A stretch of DNA of 64,000 bases from assembly GCA_951406725.2 (NCBI GenBank), contig OX597816.1, forward strand, positions 40,300,001 to 40,364,000, written 5' to 3'. The DNA comes from Octopus vulgaris. Its lineage: Eukaryota. Below the pieces are notes generated by a model. It worked only from the letters and a program-made list of their open reading frames with translations, was not told the origin of the DNA and did no database searches. Below, in pieces: positions 52,858-64,000 of this stretch. The position numbers were made by a program, and so were the translations under genes. Each line of letters begins with the position of its first letter. Position 1 is the first letter of the stretch.

Positions 52858-54873
52858 TTTTATTCCTTGTACTTATAGTAAAAAAGGATATTATGGAAGA
52901 CCGGAGTGAATGGTTTATATGTCTCAGTGATTTGAATTTTAGTTCTGATTTTCAATAATTTCTGCATGAACTTATGGATTAATAATATCGATAAGTTGTT
53001 CTCTTTAGTAAAATACTACATTTGAGGTTACTACAAAAATAACATTATTAATGTATTAAAACACCTGACGTAAAGGAGATGTTAAATTATGGAGAAGCTT
53101 CTTGCTCAATTAAGATATATTTCTTGTAGTAGAGATTTTATGCGTGTTAAGCTAATTGTGAACAGGTCACGGTAGGCGGTTGCATCCAGATTTCAGAATT
53201 AAGATTTGAATCCAACGGCAGGGCAAGGGAGACAAATGGTGGATTATGCGTTTAAGCTAAACTATTATCTTGTCACTACATGTTCACGAAAGCTTGGTAA
53301 ATTGGCTGTAGATTTGACTGTGCTAGCTACAACATATGGATACGCTGGTAGCGTCATTTAACTCATCATTTATGAAGCGGTAATGTTATTCTTTATCATA
53401 TAGAAATGCAGAGAAGCCAGAATATCAAAGAAATTCTGAAATAGAATTTAATAATCGTAAGAAAGGCAAATCTCGTTTTCATTTTCCGAGCTTATTTTAT
53501 AAAGGTTCTCATAATAAATGGAAAAATTGAAGGAGATATTTCAATGCAATTATCTTTTCAAAATTCTACCTGATGTAAAACTTATTATTTTATTTTGTCT
53601 GTCTTTTTAGCCCACAATGAACTCACTATGTCGAGTAGATTATTTTACAAGGTGTTTTGCCTAATTTTAGTAGATTTTAAAATCCAGCTTTAACAAAGAT
53701 AAGTGAAAATCATTTTTATTTGTTAATTTATATTATTTAGTTTTTTCAATCTATTCTTTTGTACAAACACCGGTAATGCAATGAAAAGGTTTCCATACAT
53801 GCATTTACAGGAAAGACGTTGTAAAAGGTTTTCTGTTTTAAATTCCCACTTTAAATTTCGTTAAACTGTGAGAGATATCTAACAAATAAATTCTCTCTAA
53901 AATGTCTTTATATATTTCTAAGTTTGATACATTATCAGTAATAGTAGTCGCCGTCTTCTATTATAGACAATAAGAGCGACTGTAACACCGTGTGTTACTG
54001 TCTCTCTCATTCTATTAGTTTACAGCTTTGCGATATTTTAAAAGTGTTCTTGATTTGTTTTTCTAACGTAAGTTAGATTGTTCTGTGTATTTTATTGTTC
54101 TCACATCACGGAAAAGGAAGAGAGTTGAATTATTATGTATCTTCCCATTTAGGGGAAGAAATCCAGTATCTTATTTATTTTTCTATCTTTCCTGCAATAT
54201 TTTTTGTTGCAATGTTGCAACGATGGCGACGTTGAAAGATGTTTCCCAAAATAGTAATGGCGAATTTCTTCATTGGGAGGAAAATAAAAATAAAATGGAA
54301 ACATTTTATGTATTAATAATATTTTCCACAATAACAACGCAACAATAACGTTAATAGCAATATGTCTATTCATTATTCATTCTTAATACGTCCTGACAGA
54401 TTCGAACGTGAATATGTGCCAGAACGTATTGACAATGAATAGATACGTTATTGTTTGGATTCTCAGAGTTCTGCGTGTATCTCATAAATAATAATAATTT
54501 TAGGAAAAAAAGAACAAAAACACACACCCTCAAAAAAAAAAGAAACACATACATACACACAAAATTAAAACGATGAAGTAAATACATGTGAAAAATATGG
54601 GGTCATCTATGCAGTTACTTAGCCTACTAGAAATAGCATCCAAATCCCCGTGAAATCACAACTGTCTTAAGAACAAAAGTGCAAATTAGTCCTCGTTAGA
54701 AAAAAAAATCTGTACTATTACATTTTAGTACATTTGATCATATAGACGCTCATGTGATAGATATGATCTAGGGCAAAGAACAACAGCAACAATAACAATA
54801 CTAACAACAATGGCGGCAGGGTTACTTGAGTGAAAGTAGTCGAACAAATATTTATACGTAAATTAGGAAAATG

Positions 54874-54920
<47 letters not shown>

Positions 54921-55429
54921 GTAGATGTGTATATTGTACGAAAATGAAGTCAACTGGGACTTTATAATAAATTTAATTCTGCCTTCATTATAGTGGTTCA
55001 TCATGAGTAAATGTTCAGTTGCTTATCTTCAAAATGATTTAAAATTTGCATTAGATTCAAATTTACACACATATACACATACACACCTGTGCTCGCACAT
55101 ATGGACAATGCTTTCCCGTCAACTTTTCGACTTATGCATGATGGCCTAAAAATTGTAAAGAAGTCTGTCAGAAAGAAAGAATAGGGCTATTAAATCTAAT
55201 TTCACGAGGGCAAACGTAAAATGTTTCTAATATCTAAGTACGTCTACATAAGTAGTGTATGGAAAATCTACTTAATCTGGATATGATAATTATGTTAAAG
55301 GAACTGAGGCCATTCATTACACATCTGAGAAGGGTTCTCTATTTTGCCTTCGAGGTTATAGCTTTTCTAGTTGGAGTCATTTGTGAAGATAAAATGTCTC
55401 TATGAAATCTGTATCGAAGAAGTTAATGT

Positions 55430-57460
55430 AAGCAATTATTTTTGTTTGAAATCTTATGGCAATAACGACAGTTAGACCTTCAGTTTCCCGTAGACACGGT
55501 CGCTGCTTGACTATATCCACAATGGAGCATTGGGAAATTCCAGCCTATATGGATCTGCTAGCTCAAAGCAGCTTAGCAGCTCCTGGAACCTTTTCTATCT
55601 GTACACGAGCCAACATAATCATCGCGTGCGTCGCAGATTGTTTTGCAGTCTCCTAGCACAACTTCTCCCGGTTCCGAAAATACTAGCTTTGACCAGTTGA
55701 CGTGGGTGCGTAAATTGCAACCAGTCTGATAATCTTACTACGGCTGAACGTCAGGTCCATGACGAACAGCCTACCTCCTAGATCTGAAAAAAAAAATTTT
55801 TTTCTCAGAAACCCAGTTTCTTTTAAATAAGACCAACACCCCGCTTCCCTTAGATGGACAGCCCGGAGAGAAAAAAACTCTCGTAACTATCCAACAGCAG
55901 GGAACAGATCTGTTGACCTCACTTAACCGGGTTTCTGTAGCAATAACATCCAAATTACGCGACCTGATATTATTAAGGAATTGATCTTGCTTCCAGCCTG
56001 ACACCAGGCCACGCACATTTATACAACCTACATGAATACTAGACATGACTTACCTCCCGTCAGTTATTCGTGGAGGATTCGCTTTCCTCCTCTTTTTCTT
56101 TCTCTCGGGCTCGTGGGTTTTTTCTTTTTACATAGGCCCTCGTAAATGTATGGAGAATAGTCCATCTTGAGAAGGCCCACGTCGTGAAGAAATTCGGACC
56201 TAATCAGTCCGTAATCCTTCCGGCCTATCCTGTAAATAAGAAAGTCTTCCGATGAAGTTTTTTCTACTCGTTTGGCAGATGAAATAACTGCCAAACGGTT
56301 AATCTGTCTGTTGTTGAATACCTTAATGGCCATATAGTAAATGCTTTTTCTTTTCCGTTTGTTTTCTTTATTCTTAGTTTGGTAGGAGCGAACTGTGTTT
56401 TTTCTTTCTTTTTTTAAAGACAGTTGATCACCTCTCCACTTTATCTTTATTGTCGCTCTCTTCCTCTTGTTTTGGTGGTGTTGGTGTCGTCTCTACTGAT
56501 GTAAGTGACGCTTACACTGTTGTTGTTCCTTCTTCCTGCACTTTTTTTGCGGGTTTGCATTCGGACCTTATATGGCTGCAGTTAAAGCATCTAGGCTTGC
56601 TGCTTTCTACGAAGACGATCAGCCTCCCTTCTCCGATGTTTATTATTTATGGAATTTCTTCCAGCGTAGGGACTTCTGCTTGAATTAACATGTTCAGGTA
56701 TTTTCCCCTCCAATTTAGTTATTGCACCACTGTGGCCTAGAGAATGGTTATTTTTTCCTCAAGGTCCATTATTATAGCCGCATCTAACCAGGCAGCATCT
56801 ACTTCCGGAGGAATGTTAGTAATTTTTATTTTCAATGCTTCTCTTCCCATATATATGTGGGAAGAAGAACCACCTCCTCGGTTCTCAAATTTTTTGAAGA
56901 GTGCCGTCTGGCTACCTCCTCTGATGTGAACCTCACCTCGACCGTTCCAAATCTTTTGCCTCTAGTCATGTACATTATATCCGACCATATCTGTTTAAGG
57001 CATTTTTCAATAAATTTTTCCTCAGTTTTATCTATTAGTTGTTTTTTATCACGTTGTAGGTCTTGTAAATAATTCCTTTTCTGTTTACTTGCTCGGTTGT
57101 TTCTGTTGGAGGGGCTACTTGTATTTCCGTCTCCTCCTTTTTTAACATTGGCATAAACTTTTAAAACTATTTTTATCAGTGTTGATGTTTCTCTCCTTTC
57201 CTTCTGCCGCGGCAAAGTTTAACATTTTGGGCGACACCACCGGTGACTTTTTCTCTTCACCTGTTACGAACACAGGCATATCAATGATTAATTGATTTGG
57301 TGACTCCATTGAATTGAATGGTGACTCCATGATGTTGTTTTATTTAACAAAACAAAATTTACGGCTATACGCCGAACACAAAAGTTTGGGCTTACGCCCC
57401 ACAGAATTGGTTCGAAGCCGCACAGTACAACAATAATAATAATTCCCCGGCAGGGGGAAT
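55430..57460 (-). mobile_element. Tx1/L1-clade LINE 5' half: 5' UTR, ORF1 and start of ORF2 APE endonuclease, frameshifted
   Basis: ORF1 pieces 57142-57330 and 56832-57215 (RGKRFGTVEVRF), zinc-knuckle relic GRLIVFVESSKPRCFNC.HIRSECK near 56550-56610; ORF2 56046-55771 MSSIHVGCINVRGL...LDVIA.ETRL...SGVLVLFK. Confidence 0.85.
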
Positions 57461-58161
57461 TGAAAAAAAGCTGCTTCAACGATAATAAACATCTATATAT
57501 CAATCTATCTATCTATCTGTTTGTTTGCCTGTCATTTGGGGCACATGGTGAATTGACAGAATGGCAGGAGCATTTTGCGGTGTTATTATTACTTCTTTAC
57601 GTTCTGTGGGCAGATTTGCTTTCCATTCTTCCTAGGTCGACAAAATGATTCACCATTCCAAGATTATGTATTAGAGGAATTGTTAGAATTTTGGACAAAC
57701 AGATTTAAGGTACGGCCTGAGTACCATGGTGGATTCTGAGAATCCAGGTAGGTATCTGTGTCTAGTCATGAAGATAGTCTTGTAAAAAAAAAAAAGAAAA
57801 GTACTCGGAGTAAGGTAGTAAGAAAACATCTAATCATCTTTGTACTCTCCCAGGAAACTTTCATGGAAAGATCATAGCACTTACCAAGAAAGTCAGCAAG
57901 TATCGTAAGTTGGCCTGGCGATGCTGAAAACAAAAGCAAAGCAAATCCCGTGTGGTAATCGCATTTTTTACTGTCTCTTTTTGTTTCTCATTCTGTCTCT
58001 CGTCACCGTTTACTTCTCGCACTCCCAATTTCGACGATGAATTTTTTAGAGAAGGTCAAATAAATTTGCATAGCGTAGATCTGACCATCAAACCACAGGT
58101 TTCTAGACAAAGATATTGCTGTTGTGGTTGAAGAGAAATTATCATATATGTAGCCCTAGGA

Positions 58162-58394
58162 AGGCGGCGAGCTGGCAGACACGTTAGCGCACCGGGCGGA
58201 ATGCTTAGCGGTATTTCGTCTGTCGTTACGTTCTGAGTTCAAATTCCGCCGAGGTCGACTTTGCCTTTCATCCTTTCGGGGTCGATAAATAAAAGTACCA
58301 GTTTCGCACTGGGGTCGATGTAATCGACTTAATCCGTTTGTTTGTCCTTGTTCGTCCTCTCTATGTTTAGCCCCTTGTGGGTAGTGAAGAAATA
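58162..58394 (+). mobile_element. SINE group A, young
   Basis: Full length; 17-bp TSD CATATATGTAGCCCTAG. Confidence 0.94.
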
Positions 58395-58459
58395 CATATA
58401 TGTAGCCCTAGATATATTCATGAATAAACGGAATGTTGTTATTTAGCCGTAGGTCAATC

Positions 58460-58746
58460 AGATCGTAAGGTCGCAAGTTTGATTCCCGGCGGCGCGTTGT
58501 GTCTTGGAGCAGGACACAATTTCACGTTGCTCCAGTTCACTCATCTGGCAAAAATGAGCAGTTCCTGTATTTCAAAGGGCCAGCCTTGTCGCATTCTGTC
58601 TGTGTCACGCTGAATCTCCCTGAGAACTGCGTTATGGCTACACGTGTCTGTGGAGTGCTCAGCCACTTGCACGTTAAGTTTACGAGTGAGCTGTTCCGTT
58701 GATCGGATCAACTGGAGCCCTTGTCGTCGTAAACGATGGAATACCA
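58460..58746 (+). mobile_element. CORE-like SINE with group B tail, 5'-truncated
   Basis: B box GTTTGATTCCC, TTTCACGTTGCTCCAGTTCACTCA.CTGGCAAAAATGAG, tail GTCGTCGTAAACGATGGA. Confidence 0.8.
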
Positions 58747-59573
58747 GTCAATCAAATTCTACATAGAGCCAAATAGCAACACAGCATTTCTAATACGACT
58801 CAGTAAAGTCACTCGACATAAAAGAAACAATAGACAAGTCCCATTCAAATCATACTGTACTCTGGTATATGATATCATTGACCCGTGGAAATAAGGAGAC
58901 AGAACGGATACATTTTGAATGCCTTATATATTGATCTGCATGATCACGGTTACTTACGTCGAAACAAAGACGAGAACAACAATATCTCTTGCAATATTTT
59001 AAACCCTACTGCTGAAGAAATCAGATATATCCACTCGAAATTTCATCAGGCTTAACAGCTAAAAGCAGTTTTGCATGCCAGTCTATCTTTTGTTAAGAAA
59101 TGTCTCATGTTTAAAACCATTTTTTGTTGAGATATGTCAAGTTTATTGAGGCAAAGTATTTTTCAGGAAATTGTTTCGTAGATATTGAACATAATTATTT
59201 GAATAAACATGAGATTTAATTTTATTGTTAAAGGTTCCACTAAATTCATAATTTTACTCTCAGAATTTACTCGGAATTGTTCATCTTTTTGTTAGCAGGT
59301 AACGGAATATCCTTGTCCTTTATAGTGTGTTGGAGACTTGTAGGAGGGAGTGACGAAAGAGGGAGGAAATTATCCTAAACCTAGAAATCTCTCACTCAAA
59401 GTGTCAGGTACTAGTATTAAACTGGGTGATGGATGAAGTTTGAAACTCATTTAGGCCATGGTGGAATTTGAACTCAGAATGAAAAGAGTTGAACCCAAAA
59501 TTATGGCAACCAGTCCCATAACAATCTCGCCAATCTACAACGTGTGCTTGGTATTATATATATATTTTTGATT

Positions 59574-59987
59574 AGGTGGCGAGCTGGCAGATACGTTAGC
59601 ACGCCGGGCAAAATGCGTAGCTGTATTTTGTCTGCCGTTACGTTCTGAGTTCAAATTCCGCCGAGGTCGACTTTGCCTTTCATTCTTTCGATAAAGTAAG
59701 TACCATTTACGCACTGGGGTCGATATAATCGACTTAATCCGTTTGTCTGTCCTTGTTTGTCCTCTCTGTGTTTAGCCCCTTGTGGGTAGTAAAGAAATGG
59801 GAATTTCGTCTGCCGCTACGTTCTGAGTTCAAATTCCGCCGAGGTGGACTTTGCCTTTCATCCTTTCGGGGTCGATTAAATAAGTACCAGTTACGCACTG
59901 GGTTCGATATAATCGACTTACTCCGTTTGTCTGTCCTTGTTTATCCCCTCTTTGTTTAGCCCCTTGTGGGTAGTAAAGAAATAGGTA
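59574..59987 (+). mobile_element. SINE group A dimer
   Basis: The second body restarts at GGAATTTCGTCTGCCG (about 59800), right after the tail AAAGAAAT. Confidence 0.92.
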
Positions 59988-61274
59988 TTATATATATTTT
60001 TTTGCTTCGACTTCTAAAATATAAAAGCAAAGTTGGTCCGAGAACTCAGAGCGTAGAGAATCGAAACGCTTACCGTGCTGTAGTCTGTCTAATGCGTTAA
60101 CGTCTTTACCAGCCTATGATTTCGCGTAGTAGATTTCCAAACAGACATTCTAAATGCGTGGGTTTATATGCATATGTGTATACCTGTGTGTATGTATATG
60201 TAGCGTATGTGTGTGTGTGTGTGTTCATTTGTACATGTATATGCGTATATTTAGTGATGCAGTTCTGCATATTTTTCTGATGTATTCTTCCTTCTTTCTG
60301 TGTATCTATTTATTTCCTATCGATACTATGTACTTTCTTATCGTATATAAACTTATATTCTTTATTATTTGCGACAAAGCATTATCTATAGGAATATTGG
60401 GTATTGGTAAAAATAATAGATATCGGAATTTTTCTCCAATAATGACGTCTTTTGTTTTTAAAGCAGGTTCTTATTTATATATTTACATATCTGCATTTAT
60501 GAAATTTATTAACTGAACTCTATATATCATACTCGTCATCTTTCCCAATATATATTTTCCTCTATACTTTCTTCAGAGGACTCTTCTTACGCAGACACTG
60601 GCAAAGTAATTTATTTAAGAAGTTTACTCACATCGCAATGCTATGGTAACGGGTTCGCGAGAGAGTCATTAGTGTGTTGGACAAAATGCTTTGCGGTACT
60701 TTCCTCGGCTCAGTACTCTGAATTCCAATTCCGTCGAGACCAATTTATATATATATATATGTATATATATATAACTTCTCTTCTTGCTCACTTTCCTTCC
60801 TCTTTTCGCTTCACTGTGTCCCTTCACTTTTTCTCGCCCCTCCTTAATTCTTCTGTCCCTTTGCCTCTTCTCTCCCCACGTGACCGGTGTTCGGTCAAGC
60901 CTGATCTTTCTTTCTTGGTTCGGTCGTCGTCCGTGCAACATCTATATCCCTCCCTGTGCCTGTAAAATCATGTAACCCTGCCGTAAAGCTTTATTTCCAC
61001 ACATGCCAGCTTACTCTAATTTGTCCTTAGTCGAAGGAAACCTGTCGTTATGTCCTGTTATATGTATTTGTGTAGCATTCTCCGTTTTTTCGTTTTTTTC
61101 GTGTAATAGTTTAACGCTCGGGAAGAATGGAAAATTCTTTGACATTTGGAGCCTGCGCTCTTCAACAGAAAGGATTAAGACGGGAAAAATGGTGAGAGAA
61201 GAAAAAAAACAAAAACAAAAGAACGTAGAGAAAAAATTGCAGGGATTAGCGGTCCAACATGATGTATATATATA

Positions 61275-61488
61275 TTTCAAATTATAGCACATGGCCAGGA
61301 TTTTCGGGGGGAGGGTTTATGTCGATTACAACGACTCCACTGCTTTACTGGTATTTAATGTATCGGATGCCAAAATGACGTAAGACAAAGTTTACCCCAG
61401 CCGAATTTGAAATCGGAACGCAAAAACGGACGAAAAGCTGCTAAGCATTTTCCAGGCATGTGAACAATTCTGCTAGATCGTCGTCTTA
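61275..61488 (-). mobile_element. SINE group A, old copy with alternative tail
   Basis: TTTCAAATTATAGCACATGGCCAG...GTCGATTAC...CCGAATTTGAA; further degenerate copies near 44200, 57540, 59400, 60020, 60670, 63400 and 63600. Confidence 0.7.
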
Positions 61489-61869
61489 TTTATATATATC
61501 AACAGTCACGGTGCTATTACACGCATGTAAATCCAACTAAATATGCTGAGTGCTAATTTCTTTCATTGACTCTGCAAGACTATATAAATTCCCTACTGGG
61601 AATGACCTAGTTTAAAAATCTGCTGGATCTCACTCATAAGGGAATCTTACACTGCTTATAAATTATAGATTTGGAAGGACTCATTATAAACTCTGTTGGA
61701 CTTTTGGACTTTACTCGTAGGATATTGGAATATTGCATATATACCATTATGCCTAAAAAATGGATTTACAACTTCAATACCCATACTTGCATCTATTTTC
61801 TTTCCTCCACCTCACTCTCTATTTTGTATCACATTTAAACTAACTATGACTTAACTATCCTCTCACACC

Positions 61870-61921
61870 GTCTCCGATGAAGGGATACAATTAATAAATA
61901 CCCTAGAAACAGCTGTAAAAC
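61870..61921 (+). ncRNA. Penelope-type minimal type I hammerhead relic
   Basis: GTCT-CCGATGA-AGGGATA(loop)TACCCT-A-GAAAC-AGCT-GTA-AAAC: palindromic stem III, one core and one stem I mismatch. Confidence 0.65.
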
Positions 61922-61986
61922 CTTCTATCTATAAATGCTCTAATATCTACACAGCCTTGTTTTTTTATCTTATTACGCAAAAAATG

Positions 61987-62049
<63 letters not shown>

Positions 62050-62054
<5 letters not shown>

Positions 62055-62270
62055 GGTATTTGCGCGTGTGTGTGTGTGCCTATGTTTCCCCCCACCATCG
62101 CTTGACAACCGGTGTTGGTGTGCTTACGTCCCCGTAACTTAGCTGTTCAGCAAAAGAGACCGATAGAATAAATACCAGGCATACAAAGAATAAATCCTGG
62201 GGTCGATTTGTTTGACTAAAGTCCATGCTCCAGCATAGCCACTGTGAAATGAATGAACCAAATAAAAGAA
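62050..62270 (+). mobile_element. SINE group C, 3' half
   Basis: CATCGCTTGACAACCGGTGTTGGTGTG...CAAAAGAGACCGATAGAATAA...GCTCCAGCAT. Confidence 0.85.
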
Positions 62271-62393
<123 letters not shown>

Positions 62394-62748
62394 TTATATA
62401 TGCATGCGGTCTCAGATAGTGATGAGAAGAATAGAAGCCGTTCCACACAACGCGACAAAATTATCGGTATAGTGGTGACAGGTTACACAAAAGTTTGTGT
62501 GTCATGCATATGTGTTTGTGGTATAAACATAGATCAGTACTGGTAGCATACTATAATACTGCAGGTAAGTGATATATTCTAACTATGAGCAAAGTATTAC
62601 ATCTGATGGCCCTTCATATTTGTTTACTTATTTTAATTGTTATGACCGACAGCATTTTAACCTATGGCTGTTTCAAATGTGTATGCTAATTTAGTTCTTG
62701 CCTGGTTAGCTTTCTTGCAAATATTTCTATAATGCAACCAACATTTTT

Positions 62749-62805
62749 GGCTTTACTGATGAGCGCAAATCAGGTCGAAACGCCGTGTGTGGCGATGTCG
62801 CTTTC
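62749..62805 (+). ncRNA. Type I hammerhead-like motif with intact core and decayed stems I and II
   Basis: CTGATGA 62756-62762, GAAA 62777-62780, stem III ACGCCGT/GCGATGT (one mismatch, two G-U), GTC ending 62799. Confidence 0.55.
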
Positions 62806-64000
62806 TGAGAGAAGTTTCGTGTTTTTCGACACACAAGTCTCCTTGAGAAATATATATTTTGCAATTCCACTAAGATAGATTTATCGGTTTATCCTTTTTG
62901 TTTTAAGCTCTTAAATTTTCTATAGTTTAGCGAAATTACAACTATTGTTTGGAATAAAGAATAACAATAACATTTAATTTGTTGGACCGTGAATAAAAAA
63001 TATCAACCACATCAGCAGGCAACTAAGGAAATGGAAGCGGTCAGTCAATATGAGAAGAATAATCGGAAAATCACTTTAAAATTACCTTTCAAAAAGTAGA
63101 CTTAGGAAATAAGTTCGTTTGTAAAGACGGGTTTCTAAAGATTGAAATTTTCCGGTTGAACCTTGGCTGCTTAAAGACAAGTAGCTTGTCGACAAAAAAA
63201 TCCAGTAAAGCACGCGCGCGCACACACACATACGCACACATACACACATAAAGAGATAAACCCTTTCCAGTATCATTACATGCTACTTTATACTCACAAT
63301 CTTGTATTGCGTGACAAAACGTAAAGCCATAATAAACAGAAATAATGATGATTTAGATTTTGGCTCAAGGCCTTCACATTCTATAACTGGGTCACTTTTC
63401 TATATCGATTCCGCAGCGATTTGAACTGAGAACGTAAAGAATGACTCCCAACGACTCTGCCAGCTCGGCGCCTTCGTATCTAATAGCATCAATAATTTAT
63501 AAAATAACAACAGTATGTGATATTTTGTGAACAGCTGTAATAGAGTAAAGCTCAAACAACACTTGGCTGTTAATGAATTGATCCACATAGGAAGATTAAA
63601 ACGCAGTGTCGACCTCGGCTAGATTTGAACTCAGAAAACAAGATGACATAGCTAAATACTTCAAGACGTTATTCCAGAGATCTACGGATTATTCTGACAC
63701 TCTGCCACAAGAGGATTTTAAAACATCGAATATGATACTGCCATGCAATAGTGTAATCTATTTTAGCGCAATAATAACTGTAATAAAAATGTTAATATGT
63801 TAACAGATGATCATAAATGATTCCTGAATGGCTGAAAGAAGGTCGTTTATTGTTGTTTAAAACAAATAAATATGCTGATCAATTAAACAAAAACAAACTC
63901 AGAAATCACTAAAGCAATTCAAACAAATAGTCTTATCATCTGCGCGCCAATAACTTATGAACTCCCTATCGAAGTAGTGTGTATGATAAATATCTCTAAA

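Noticed and set aside
53385-53660. Two possible small exons (AG at 53402-53403 to GTAAG near 53457; acceptor at 53610)
   Set aside because: The peptides are unrecognisable and the second donor is weak, so no gene call is supportable.
57490-57520. TATC repeats beside the 5' end of the Tx1 element as evidence of TATC targeting
   Set aside because: The orientation relative to the minus-strand element is opposite to that at the three 3' ends, so it does not support the link.

Overview
AT-rich eukaryotic non-coding DNA, intergenic or a large intron. The repeat content (three abundant tRNA-derived SINE groups, R4/Dong, Tx1/L1, RTE, Penelope, mariner, dense (AT)n/(TATC)n/(AAT)n tracts) is what I recognise from octopus genomes; the species assignment is an inference. 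No intact host gene is supportable: nearly all listed ORFs are microsatellite translations or decayed transposon fragments. The most unusual signal is a set of hammerhead-ribozyme (HHR) relics. A ~370-bp tandem unit at 14528-15045 and a diverged dispersed copy at 36340-36610 each place a type I HHR at the tip of a long G-U-tolerant hairpin, the architecture of metazoan non-LTR retrozymes (circular-RNA-producing elements). Further Penelope-type HHRs lie at 42690, 61870 and 62756. Other notable structures: retroelement 3' ends that sit in (TATC)n and share their tail with a SINE; modular and dimeric SINEs; a bipartite RTE derivative; a near-perfect 406-bp palindrome; an ~79-bp duplication flanking a SINE; templated inverted insertions. 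All alignments and folds were done by eye and boundaries are approximate.
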